A stretch of 64,000 nt of DNA from Ruditapes philippinarum (taxonomy: Eukaryota), in assembly GCF_026571515.1 (NCBI RefSeq), contig NW_026860906.1, forward strand, positions 1 to 64,000. The letters run 5' to 3'. The translations under genes were made by a program, and so were the position numbers. Below the pieces are notes generated by a model, which searched no databases, was not told the origin of the DNA, and worked only from the letters and a program-made list of their open reading frames with translations. Shown here piece by piece: positions 25,801-37,533 of this stretch (within the stretch, counting starts at the first letter, position 1; every line of letters starts with the position of its first letter).

Positions 25801-28800
25801 GGTGACTATGTACTTACTTATGCAAATTTGAATTTATCTTATATAAAAATTTAGTGTAAAATCAATATTGTTAAAGGCATAAAAGGAGAGTGGAAGTATT
25901 GTGTATGAATGTCCTTAATTGCTGGGCATTTACCCTGAAACTGTGAAACACCTGTATATTATTAGTTATTAAGAGTTTTGACAAGTTATATAGCGTTCGA
26001 GTTATATTGCAAACAACCATTTATATGCGGCCATATAACCTGTCAAGAATACTTATAACGAATTTATTTAATATATATAGTTTATATAAATGTCACGATT
26101 ATCCAATCAAAATCAATGTTACAAACGTGTATAATTATAAATTGTAGGAAAACACCGAAAAGAAAAGACGCTGACCAGGAAAAAGGTGGGGCTGTGTTAT
26201 GAACTGTAACCCATGAGAATACTTCTACAATTAGAAAAAGGCGGGATGAAATACCAGAAAATACCCTGAAAGGCACAAGACGACAGACGGAAAGGCGGGG
26301 TTAATGATGGGGCGGAGTGAACTTGTTTTTACCGGTCTGTTCAAATGGTCCATATTGAAATCCCCCACGTGCAATATGATCGGTCTTTTGGAGGATATCG
26401 AACTCAGTACCTTCTTCCTTAAGTAAGAATAGGGCTGCGTTACCATCTCCTCCCCGAAGGACCTGAAGTTTATTCTGTGCCATTAGAAATTAATAGCAAG
26501 CTTTCTTTTATAATGCTAACAAATGGCGGTGTAAGATTAATCAAAAGATAAATCCTGGACGCAGTTAGATGTGATGGATTGTAGTACACTTAAAAGAAGC
26601 TTCACTGAGGTCAAAAAGCCTAAGAAAAGTTTGACATTCTTACATAGATCAAGTGAAGTACGAACAGTTCTGCAAAGAATAATAAAGAAATATACTCAGA
26701 ACTGAATTGAATATCGATTTCTTGTGAAATGTTTAGTCCAATTTTTTGGACGATAAAAATGATTATTCGAGAATAACATCGGATGAGGGAAGTCATTAGT
26801 CCAGACCTTCATGAATTGGAACACAAATATAGCAAAAAAATTATTTCCAGTCCCGTTATGTCAAAAACCTTAGTGAAGTCCCTTCAAGTAAAAGATACGA
26901 AATTATGTGCATTAATTTTTTCAGTTTATTGCTTAAACTTCGCCCAGTTTGTTGCTTAAACTCCGCCCGATCTGAAAGGTGAAATTGGAAACTTCCCTGG
27001 GTTTCAGACAATATCCAGTATTAACATATAGGGGTTAAATAATGCTTTATTTACCAGTCTCAGTAAAATCTCTATATTCGAATCCACCCCCTGTCCCAAT
27101 TTCACTTTTTTGGAGAAATTTCAATGTTGAGCCCTCTGGTTTGAGTAAATAAAGTGCAGCTAGGCCATCGCCGCCCCGCAATACCTACAATGTCATCGTT
27201 GAAGATACACTGGTGACCTTATAAATTAAAGATGTTTGTTCCCAATTTAAATTTAAAATTACAAATTTAATAATAAAATTCAGAAAACGTGAATAGTTTT
27301 CTAACCTTTTCAGCACCATGTACTAGCTCTCTACAAGCAAATGTTACATTACAGCACTTAACCCAGTACCGTAATGTATGTCAAATGGTGTTTCTTTGCA
27401 CTGAATAATCGTAATGTATATAAAATGGCGTTACTCTGCACTGTATTACCGTAATGTATATAAAATGGCGTTACTCTGCACTGTATTACCGTAATGTATA
27501 TAAAATGGTGTTTCTCTGCACTGAATTACCGTAATGTATGTAAAATGGTGTTTCTCTGCACTGAATTACCGTAATGTATATAAAATGGTGTTTCTCTGCA
27601 CTGAATTACCGTAATGTATGTAAAATGGTGTTACTCTGCACTGAATTACCGTAATGTATGTAAAATGGTGTTATTCTGCACTGAATTACCGTAATGTATG
27701 TAACATGGCGTTACTCTGCACTGAATTACCGTAATGTATTCAAAATGGTGTTACTCTGCTCTGAATTACCGTAATGTATGTAAAATGGCGTTACTTTGCA
27801 CTGAATTACCGTAATGTATGTAAAATGGTGTTACTAAAAATTGCATTAAGAATTATTTAAATATAAAATTTTCAAATTTATCTGCCAACAGTGAAGATTA
27901 AAGTCAGCCTATACTGATGTGCAAGATGGCGAAACTATATTAAAGTTGTAACTAACGAACAATGTCATTGTGTCATCCGGGTGATAAGGTTGGCCAATGA
28001 TATCATATGTAATGATTCACGTGAATTCTTATCATCTCGTACCGGAAGTATAGCTTTCACATCTGTGACGCAGGCGTCATAAATAAAAAACTAGATGCAC
28101 TTATCAACATCAAAATTTCTTTAAATATCAGAAGTCTGTAGAATATTTGTTACAGTGAAAAATGAAGCACTGAAAATAAAAGTGTACTCGTGCAACGCAT
28201 GCTTCATTACAATATGTAAGAGTTATATCCCTTGATTAGAAATAAGCTCTTGTACCAATGTTAGTATTTTTATTTAGTATTTTTATTAATTTCTATACAT
28301 AAATAGTGTATGTAAAGTCATGCATTCTTTTCTTTCAGAGTTATCGTTCTTTTACTGAAAACAACTGAATTGAAGTATTTGTTAACCGGAAGTGACAAGG
28401 AATTCAGCAAGTGAAGTATCAATATTCCATAGAATTACCACAGAATATAAATTATTTGAAATAGAAAATTCAAAAAGAAATAAAACGTAAAAATCGTTAA
28501 TAAAATCTGACTAAAGCTGCTTAACAGTGACCATTCGCTTCATATGCTAAGCTATAAATTCATTTGTGAAATGCCAGTTTAAAGAACGACAACTCTGTAC
28601 TACTGACTGACTTATTTACCGGTGAATTGAGCATGATGCATCAGAGTACCGACCCCTTGATACTCAACACTGTCAATGTATCCTGGATTTACTGGATTTC
28701 TTAAATATGCATTTATTCTCGTATCCCCTCCATATATTACCTGACGAATGAAATATGAAGCTTATTTGATACATATGTTATATTCGTGTCATTTATCATC

Positions 28801-31800
28801 CAGGCCCCTACCCATGAAAGTAGCGGGTATTTTGATATCAGGACCAGGGAGACCTCGGTAAAACAAATCAGATATGAGTCATCGAAAACTAAATATACAA
28901 CTATTTTTTGTCGCGTTTAATAATAAATAAAACCCACCAAATTGACCGGTTAGAAATACTTGTCAATTTCCCCTATCTCCCCGCAACCATGTGGGATTGG
29001 GTGCCCGGAGTTACAAATGAATGTTGCGTTATGTCTAATAAAACCTGAAGACAAAGTGAGAGAAAGTCAAATTGTCATCTCAGCCGCTAAGTCAGATTAA
29101 TAACGTATGCGGAGAGATCGACAAACCAATGGTTTCGTTCTTGTATAGAACAGTTCAAGAAAATGGTGAATGAAATGCTGAAAAAGTTTGATCAAGTAAT
29201 ACCCTTGAATGTGTGACCGTACAAGGTTGAGCTTAATTAAGTTGGGAACATACTAACTAATAAGAGTCAGTAATCGGACCAGAGCTGATTATACAACAAA
29301 TGGGCGTCGTAACGGAAAGGCCCTTGTGGTCATTAAATCGAAATTAAGGAAGTTATTTTCTATCCGCATACGAATTGCTTAAAACTAACGAGTCGTGTAA
29401 TACGTACAGAAAATATATTATAATAATATACTATGAATTATTCATAAGATTTGCAAATAAATTTGTTTTACTAGTAATACAGAATATGTGTAAATATATA
29501 TGTATATTGCGTGAATTACTCTTTTGCATGATAAATATGACCTTATTTCATGTGGATTTGTTCAGCTCACGCAACAATATTGATTCCCTGTCAGAGTTTC
29601 CTCCCTTTATTTATTAATTAGAGTAATTAGACTATGCCACATCCGTGTTGCATGTACTCTGACCAGACCAGGGTCTATACAATGTCGGCTGACAAGCTTC
29701 TATCTCAAAAATAAATTTCATAGATATTTTCAGAAATGAAAAATGCATAATATACATTTAAGAAATTCAGCAGTTTAGGGGTGAAATTAGAATTATTACT
29801 AGTATATAAATCTTTTTTGAATAAACATGAAAGTTGCATGCCTCCAGATGAGTCAATTAAGATATTTCAAGAAAATTAAACTTAAAAAAAGAACCAAACT
29901 TTTAAGATAAGTAAAAAATATCAGAGATTCAAGTAATAAATAACACTTTATGTGCGATTAATGACTGATTGTGTAGTATTCATCGCCATAATTATTTATA
30001 CTGCGTGTGGGCTATTTTTGCATATTTTGACCTCAGTTGTTGATAACAAAATAATATTAATCACTTTCGAGCCCGCCTCAAGAAACTATAAGCAGTACTG
30101 GTGTAAAACGGGGAAACATGGTCGTGACCAGATTAGATTTTTATACTTCACAACAGCAGGTGTCAAGTGCTGTGTGGCAGCTGTAGAAAGTTGCCCCGTA
30201 CTTCACTTCAGCGTTGTTATATTTTCTGGTCCTTCGGGATCATTGATGCCAGCACTATTAAGTGTTGAGAATTGAGTACCGCTCAAGCCGGTGCTAGAGG
30301 GCGTGAGGGATGTTGCACTCATTCATTATCCCTCATGTACAGACTCAATCAAACCGAGTCTGCAATTCTTATACATGTAATTTTGTTGTGATTAATGTTT
30401 CCGAGGGATCACTTTGTTTCCAGATTTTTTAACCCACTGTGCCTCGGTTGAGTGTCACACACCTTAACCATTACGCCATCGCTCCACTTTTAACTGCTGT
30501 CATGCAGCACATTTCAATCCAGTGATGTCATAATTTTATAATGTAATTTTAATATAAGGTCTGATAACTTAAGGTGAGGGTTATAACTATTTGTGAAATA
30601 TATTTATTAAAGGTACGCATAACGCATTTAAAATGCATTGTAAAAACCAGCTTCAAATTATGAATGTCATTTTTCAAACACAAACTTAAAAACTGGTATG
30701 CACCACCTAAATTTCATAGCTCAAGGCACGTATGTTATTTCGCTATTTGTCCATGTTTAACAAGGTTAACAACATATGATTTCACGTATGAAGAGAAAAA
30801 CGTGTTTCCTTATTTATTTTCGCTATCTAATTTAACTGAAAATTTAATTATACACGTTTACTATTAGTCTTGTTTCCGCTCACATTTTTAATCAAAATTT
30901 TAAAACTATGGTAACAGACTGAACAAGTATTAAGTACTGTTTAAATCTTCAAATATGTAACTCGTATCTGTTTGACCTTGATAACAAAGTTTTCATTAAA
31001 ATATTACTACAATAAAGTCCTGTATTTAGACAAGTAATAAAAGCGCGCGTGAGACAGACTGGTTTCTCGCCAGCTGTCCGTCTCCGCCAGTTGATTTTGT
31101 GCTTGAGGGGACAATATATGTTAACATGTCGTGTCATAATATATGTTTTACTTTAACTCATAACAACCTGACAACTGTGAAATGGATTTGCCCTGCTGTG
31201 AATATGGAACAGGCCATTTAATGATTAAGGGATTACAATATTAATATACCAAAAAATGAGCTACCAACAGTATAGAACGTGGTCAGACTATCTAAATGTG
31301 CAGACTGATCTGACTCTATACCTAGGGAACTTAGGGTTGAAATAAATGTATCAATCGATGCGTTTAAAATGATAAAACCTGTAAATGAGAACCCTGCGTA
31401 TTTGAGGTGCTCCGTGTGCCACAATATAATTTGTCACATAGTGACATTACACGTCCCGTACTTACATGGTTATTTACACATAGTCATTAAATTTTTAATA
31501 AAGTTTTCTACTAATAGTTACAGCCTTAAAACAAAGTCTACTTTCAACTGTGTACGATAGAACTTACACAGTAGCAAATAAGCGAACAAGTATAATATAT
31601 ACATGTATGTGTTTGTAAGAGATTAAACATATATGACCTTTTACATGTAATCATGCGCTTGTTCAGTCTATGCAAATTGCGTCTCGTTAAAAATATTCAA
31701 TTAAGGTGTTATACTATCAGAAAAAATAGCACGCAGCGTATTTATCATCATTATTCAAACAGGATACAGTAAAAATAAAGTAATTAATTAACACCTAGAG

Positions 31801-32922
31801 CGCATTTCATTATAAAAAGCGTATATAAGTAAAGGCCTCAACAGACGGTAGGATTTAGCTGTACAGCACTAATTAGAGATAAGATGTACAATTTTCAAAG
31901 CTATACAACACTTGCATTCAGACGGTAATTCTATACTGTAAGAATCTTCTGAGGTTTCCCCTAAAAAGGATCCCTTTACATTGATCCTTTACATACTTTA
32001 CTCACTTAATACTTTTTTTCGCCATGAGTAATGATTGAAACACCTCCATTAAAAAAAATATATATATAAATTTTTTAATGTGAAGCCTGACCGAGACTCA
32101 AACCTGGGACCCTCGGAATACCGTACTGCGGCTCTACTGACTAAGCTATGTGGCCGCCTTCAAACTTAACCTCCCCTCCCTAAATTCATGTTATTAGAGA
32201 ACAACTCAATACCGTGACATAATCATTTTCGGAATAATTTGGGATTCAAACACAACACAACTTTGGGTCTCCTGAAGAGTTTTTCAACATCATTTTTACC
32301 CAATCTTACTACTATGTTTACCTTTTAGCCCTAATTGTTCTGGAATTTCATTCATTACATCCATTATCAGGAGATAATTTGCTTATCTGTTACTTGTCAT
32401 TGTGGGAGGTCTGTAAAAATCGGTACGACAAGATTTTCAAAATAGAACATGTCCTATCCCTTACATCTCGACATAAGGTTTCCGAAATTAAGAAATAGTA
32501 GCCTTCACACATTAAGATTTGTCTGTACATCTTAGTTTTAATTGGTGTTGTACTTCAAAATCCTACCGTCTGTTGAGGCCTTAACGTATACGTTTTACGT
32601 TTTACGATACGTTAACGTACATGTAATGTTTACATTAAGGTAAAAAAAGGAAACATTAGTAAATAAACTTACAAAAGGTATAAGTAATATAAACAAAAAA
32701 TCTACAAACCTCGAATGATATATGAAGTTTACCACCGGCCACTATTTTTTGATAAAAGCATTCTTCTTTACCGGCTCCTACTTCTATTTTAAACTCATGC
32801 TGGGCTCCTGGTAGCCCGTCAAAGTCAAACTCATCCGTTTCCGTGCCCAACACAACCTCCGCCCATCCCTCGGGCCACAAAATGCTAAAAATAACGTTTA
32901 AGAATAGAACGATTTTTGTCAT
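22879..32922 (-). CDS. TMED6: p24/TMED family GOLD-domain cargo receptor (TMED6-like, p24 gamma), about 240 aa. Exon 1 32922-32710, one of four alternative exon 2s, exon 3 24645-24500, exon 4 23112-22879
   Basis: Signal peptide; FKIEVGAGKEECFYQ...LHISFE|VLRGGD...G|PYAICLDNTMSRMASKLVY (GOLD domain with both Cys); coiled coil; WSICQCVVVIMCSGIQVFFVRRLF TM; tail KPRA. All junctions GT-AG with compatible phases. The subfamily call is by recognition only. Confidence 0.9.
23740..24298 (-). mobile_element. Degenerate HINE-like element with internal tandem units, in TMED intron 3
   Basis: Three recurrences of ttctatttttagct...cccctaaaaggggccaat, gacggacgcc microsatellite, agctaa terminus. Confidence 0.65.
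25297..25480 (-). CDS. TMED6: TMED alternative exon 2d (184 nt, or 181 nt if it ends at 25300): VLRGGDQYLDFTIKGVSGQVLQEARTRPRWITELDTNLYAEGRPMTEQEIDGVWQPPVYR(G)-G
   Basis: ggctttttag|GTG. Both possible donors (G|gttaag, G|gtggtt) are phase 1. Open frame. Confidence 0.8.
26333..26462 (-). CDS. TMED6: TMED alternative exon 2c (130 nt): VLRGGDGNAALFLLKEEGTEFDILQKTDHIARGGFQYGPFEQT-G
   Basis: acttcag|GTC ... ACC G|gtaaaa. Open, phase 0 to 1. Lies within ORF 26301..26483. Confidence 0.88.
27055..27184 (-). CDS. TMED6: TMED alternative exon 2b (130 nt): VLRGGDGLAALYLLKPEGSTLKFLQKSEIGTGGGFEYRDFTET-G
   Basis: attgtag|GTA ... ACT G|gtaaat. Open, phase 0 to 1, 24/43 aa identical to 2c by hand count. 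Not in the ORF track. Confidence 0.88.
27368..27836. repeat. Minisatellite, 40-bp unit, about 11.7 copies (taccgtaatgtatgtaaaatggtgttactctgcactgaat), between TMED exons 2a and 2b
   Basis: Direct reading; contiguous units without spacers. Confidence 0.95.
28620..28740 (-). CDS. TMED6: TMED alternative exon 2a (121 nt): VIYGGDTRINAYLRNPVNPGYIDSVEYQGVGTLMHHAQFT-G
   Basis: ttcgtcag|GTA ... ACC G|gtaaat. Open, phase 0 to 1, homologous to the other variants. Not in the ORF track. Confidence 0.85.
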
Positions 32923-35485
32923 GTTGTCAATGCACTATAACATGAATATTACACGTAATCTATTCCCACAGTATTAACTATACCAGCGTTGTCATGCTAG
33001 CTAGGTTGTATTTGTTTTAGTACCTTGCTTATCTATGTACAGCCCGTGTGAGCTCTGATAAATGGAGTTACGTCGACAAGATAATGTCAAATGTCATACA
33101 AAGGGAAATAACTGCATGATTATATTAGTTGACGCTCTGAAACCTAAAAACGTATTGATCATTTTGGTATTTTCTTAAAGATGATTTTAGCAGAGTAACA
33201 ATTGAACCATTTTTTTCAATATGTAAAAGGGTCCTTTGATAAACCTTAGAACAGTTTTGAAACAATGATTGGACGAGGCTACGTACAGTCTTGTAAAGCC
33301 CTTTTCAGACTGTGCAAGGCATTTATATATATGTAACGAATTTTAACGAAAGTAGAAGAAAAGACCATCAGGGTCTCTGTAAGAAATAAAAAGGTTAATA
33401 AGTCGTTTATCTGTATGGAAAAGAAATGGACCCAGTAGTAAGGCATTTCATATTATGCATCGTATATTCTTTTGTTGTTGTTGTTGTTGTTATTATTATT
33501 ATTCTTAGTTAGTGGCAGTTTGTTACGGAAGTAAATTATTATCCCCGCCATAGTCCATAGGTCACAGTTATCAAAACAATATGAGATCGTAAGCGGTTTA
33601 ATCCGTCTGTTTTCATTCAAAGACAAAAAGACTTGAGGACATTTACGTTAGTTCAGTCAGTAGGAAAGAAAATGTCAGACGAGCAAAACACAATTTCTCA
33701 CGTTTTTGTTCAATACATGTATGATAATGAAAAATCATAGAGAGGTTTCTATCAAAACCGTTTCATTGAACAGATTTACATTTTTTAACCTACAAGCTTT
33801 GATTATGTTCTATATAAGCATTCTGTTTAAGCTGGTATACATAAGTCACCAACAACTCTGACCTGGCTCAGTGAAAAGGTCAAAAAGAACAAGAAGGGTC
33901 GATCTTCGATCAATAGCGCGAAACCAAAAAAATCACTATCAGCACATGTATTCGGACGTATTGCTTCCGACGGTCACTGTGTAGCGACGAGTCTCGTTGG
34001 ATAAGTGAACCCCTTCTCTTTAGGCTGATGTATAAATCACCCTTGTCTCGGGCTCAGCTCAGTGACTCGGTGAAAAAATACAAAAAGGGTAACATTTTAG
34101 GAGGCCGAGACTGCAACAGTGTATACATACATTTTAAGACAGTACGTGTGTTCTTGGGACGAGTTCTAGACTGCTACAACCGATCTCATTAGACAAAAAG
34201 AGCTTTCTTTACCGGCTTATATAAGTTACCACAAAGGAGATTGACATTCTATCAATAATTGAATATTCTAACACTCACGTGATTTTGTCACTGTAGACAA
34301 AGAAGGAAAAAAACTGGTGTTAAACTGCCAATATAACACCGGTTAGGGACTACTTGTATATGCGCTGTTTTGTTTTCACCCTCGATTGTATAGTTTACAA
34401 AGCATTTTAAAGCAAAAATAAATAGCATTTTTATTTATATTTTCAATTCGTAAAATGTTTTCTTTTCATACAATACCGAAATAATATCTCACATACACTA
34501 ACGCCACATATTAGATCCATATCAGTTAATAAATATTTTGACAAAACGGCGCCAATCCGTAAGCAGTGTAATGACGTCATCCTAATGACGTCTATTTTAT
34601 GATCACATCCGTGTTATTTGTGCCGTGTGGCGGCTGTAAAAAGTTTCCCCGTACATTTAATCAATGATTTTATATTTTTGATCCTTGAAGATCGTTCAGC
34701 ACGACATTATTGTTGTGCTTGTGGTATTTTTAGTTTCAACTTTTCGGCATTTTCTAGTTGGGTGGTTCAAATATTCCTACTTGAATAATGTTGAATCACC
34801 CTTAGGATATGTTGCCTGCTTTTTAAATTTGTCTTTTGACGTCTTATCTGTGATATGCAGGCTTCATAACCTCTGATCCCCTTTCAAAATTCCATTTTAA
34901 TTAGTTCTGCCCATTGTTTTCTCGTTTAGGGCACACGCTTTTTATTACTTGGGGACCATACGCCGCTTTTCATGGAATAGCACGGAAGTGTCACATTGAA
35001 GGTTCCATGATAACCGCCGTATGAACACATCTGCGGATGTTTCTAAATTCAAAGTTTTACTACGTTGAATTCTGCTTAAGCCGGTGCTAGGGGGCGTGGA
35101 CGGTAACTTGCACTTTCCAGTACCGTCCATGAACAGGCTCAATCAAACCGAGCCTGCAACATTTTCAATTTTGTCGTGTTGGGCTTTCTTTAGGGATTCT
35201 GTATTTATCTATTCTAAGTAAACAACTCATTCATAAACATTAAACAAGCTGACGTTATTTCATAATACAAGAATGTAAAATGGGGCGCTGATGTAAACAC
35301 AATACGACGTAAGTTTTTTATTGTTGAAAACTTGATAAAATAACGTTTTTTCTTATTATTTCTTTTGTTTAATAATTTCTATATCTTTGCCACAGTAGGG
35401 TGCGAAAATCGAACAGCGTTATACGAAAATCGGCACCGGAAGTTATTTCCGCTTGAAAAATAACATTAGAGATTTTCCTTATTTT

Positions 35486-35631
35486 CCTGAGAGGTGTATA
35501 TCGGCTATTTAACACCGGTTTGGTCGTTTTGATGCGAGAAAATTAACCACTCAGGCCTACGGCCTTCGTGGTCAATTCCTACGCATCAAAACTCCAAACC
35601 GGTGTTAAATAGCAAATATACACCTCTCAGG
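35486..35631. repeat. Foldback or palindromic non-autonomous element
   Basis: cctgagaggtgtatat..gctatttaacaccggtttgg pairs with ccaaaccggtgttaaatagc..atatacacctctcagg; central ggcctacggcc. Confidence 0.75.
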
Positions 35632-35648
35632 CCGATGTTATTTCTTAA

Positions 35649-35761
35649 ATATAAGCAAATAATTAAAAAATAACGGCAAATGTACCACTCTATACTTCAG
35701 TTTATTTATAGTATAGACGGACCCGTACATTTGCCGTTATTTTTTAATTATTTGCTTATAT
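35649..35761. repeat. Hairpin MITE-like element with perfect arms of about 37 bp
   Basis: atataagcaaataattaaaaaataacggcaaatgtac ... gtacatttgccgttattttttaattatttgcttatat. Confidence 0.8.
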
Positions 35762-36019
35762 GTTTCAATTATTGATAAAATGTCACCCATACGTCAAAAT
35801 CGACTCAGTGACACACTGGTGGTTCTTCGATATAGCGCGAGACTGAAAAAAAAACACTGAGTGTACATGTACCTGCATGCCAACGATGAATATGTTCTTG
35901 AATCAACTCCACGTCTTCATGCATATTCCATTTTCAGGACACGCTTAACGTAATTTTTTAATTGAAACCCGGACAAATTTCATTTTCGTCAAAACTATCA
36001 TCTAATTCCATTCCATTCC

Positions 36020-36285
36020 ATGCAGAACTCTGGTTGCCATGGCAACCAAAAGAAAAAACTTTAGATATCTTCTTCTAAAAAAAAACCCAAAGAGCTAGAG
36101 CTTAGATATTTGGCATGACACATCTTCTAGTGAGTGTCTACCAAGTTTGTTCAAATAAAATCCCTGGGGTCAAAATTGGTCCCGCCCCAGGGGGTCATTG
36201 ATTTCCCTATATGTATATAGTAAAAACTTAAAAAAACCTTCTTTTAAAGAACCCAAAGAGCTAGAGCTAAGATATTTAGCATGAA
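36020..36285 (+). mobile_element. Fragment of the same HINE family as 20955-22149, in the opposite orientation
   Basis: agagctagagcttagatatttggcatg...tctaccaagtttgttcaaataaaa is the reverse complement of that element's repeat unit. Confidence 0.75.
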
Positions 36286-36645
36286 TAGTTTTTTTATCAT
36301 CTGTCACATATGAAGAACTATATATAAATCGCATTTGTTACGTTCAAGTTCTTTTACTGATTTGATCTTGAAGGTGTTCTATTCAATTTCTCTTTCAGCT
36401 TTCATGCATGCTTTCATTTCCGCTTAATTCTTTTGTTTTGTTCTCTTTCCTTTTTAAAGGCACATTATGTCTCAGAAATCCTTTTACTTAATTCTATAGA
36501 AATATGAAATATATGTGTTAAATAATGTTTAAATAATGGATTTAGAGCATATTAGATGCTTAACAATTGAAGAAAATTGCGCTGAATGTGAAGTATGTGT
36601 CGAAAAAGTAGCAATTAAAATGTAAACAAAGCAGTATATATTGAC

Positions 36646-36704
36646 TTCTATACAAAATACTCATTCACTAAGATACTCTTAGTGAATGAGTATTTTGTAT
36701 AGAA
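36646..36704. repeat. Perfect 28-bp inverted repeat with a 3-nt loop
   Basis: ttctatacaaaatactcattcactaaga-tac-tcttagtgaatgagtattttgtatagaa. Confidence 0.95.
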
Positions 36705-37533
36705 ATATACATTGTCAACAGAGCAAAGGAAGTTAAACATAGTTTATTTATTTTGCAAATTTAAAAACTGTAAAATGATATACCAAAAAATAGAAAGTTT
36801 TTGAGAAATAGAAATGAAAGCATTTCTGTATCATAATGGACCTTTAATTAAACGTTTTGTCTTCGCTCTCCCCGAACATCTCTTGAGCTGAAAACGCAGA
36901 GACTGTCGCAACTTTGCAATTACACTGTAAATATGGTACCCTATCTTTTCTACTTTGGTTCATGAATGGAAAGAGAACTTAATGTGTGCGCTTGACAATT
37001 AACCTTATTAAGAATGGGCATATAAATGGATGAAATTGAAATGATGTATTTCAACTGGTATGAAATTTATTTTTTTTAGAAACTGACACGTTTCTATATA
37101 TATTAAAATTAAATATTTCATTAGTCACTAGGCTATTTTTTCACTTCGGTATTTAAAATAAAAAAAACATATAGATATATGACAGCCCCGTGAAAAGCAG
37201 TATATTCTAATCAAAAGGGGCTAATTTACACGTTCCCGGTATCAGCAACCAATGCCTTCTTTATGTAACATTGCGACTTTAATCTTTCAGTCATGCCATT
37301 CACGTATAAAAAACGCATCAGTAGCATGAAAACACAATATTGAGATATTGTAAGTGTACTGTAGGGACCAGTATACATGTATAATAATGATTCGTCAAAA
37401 TGTGAAAGTCTGACCAGAAATGCTTCTTGTTCGATTATATTTCGCAGATTTCTAATAAATGTTAATTTCAGAAATCAAGCGCACCAAAACACGAACAGAA
37501 TTTTATGAAAAGTTGAAACGTTAATATATCATA

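Noticed and set aside
27368-27836. CRISPR-like periodicity (also 49292-49531)
   Set aside because: No spacers, eukaryotic context, no cas genes.
28970-29044. Possible fifth TMED exon-2 variant (good acceptor ttcag|GTT TTA on the minus strand)
   Set aside because: Reads VLLDITQHSF... with no GGD and stops after 23 codons. The similar acceptor near 31378 stops after four codons.
1222-32922. A functional immune cluster of NLR, glycan-binding pair and variable cargo receptor
   Set aside because: Adjacency alone is not evidence in an animal genome; no shared regulatory signal is visible.
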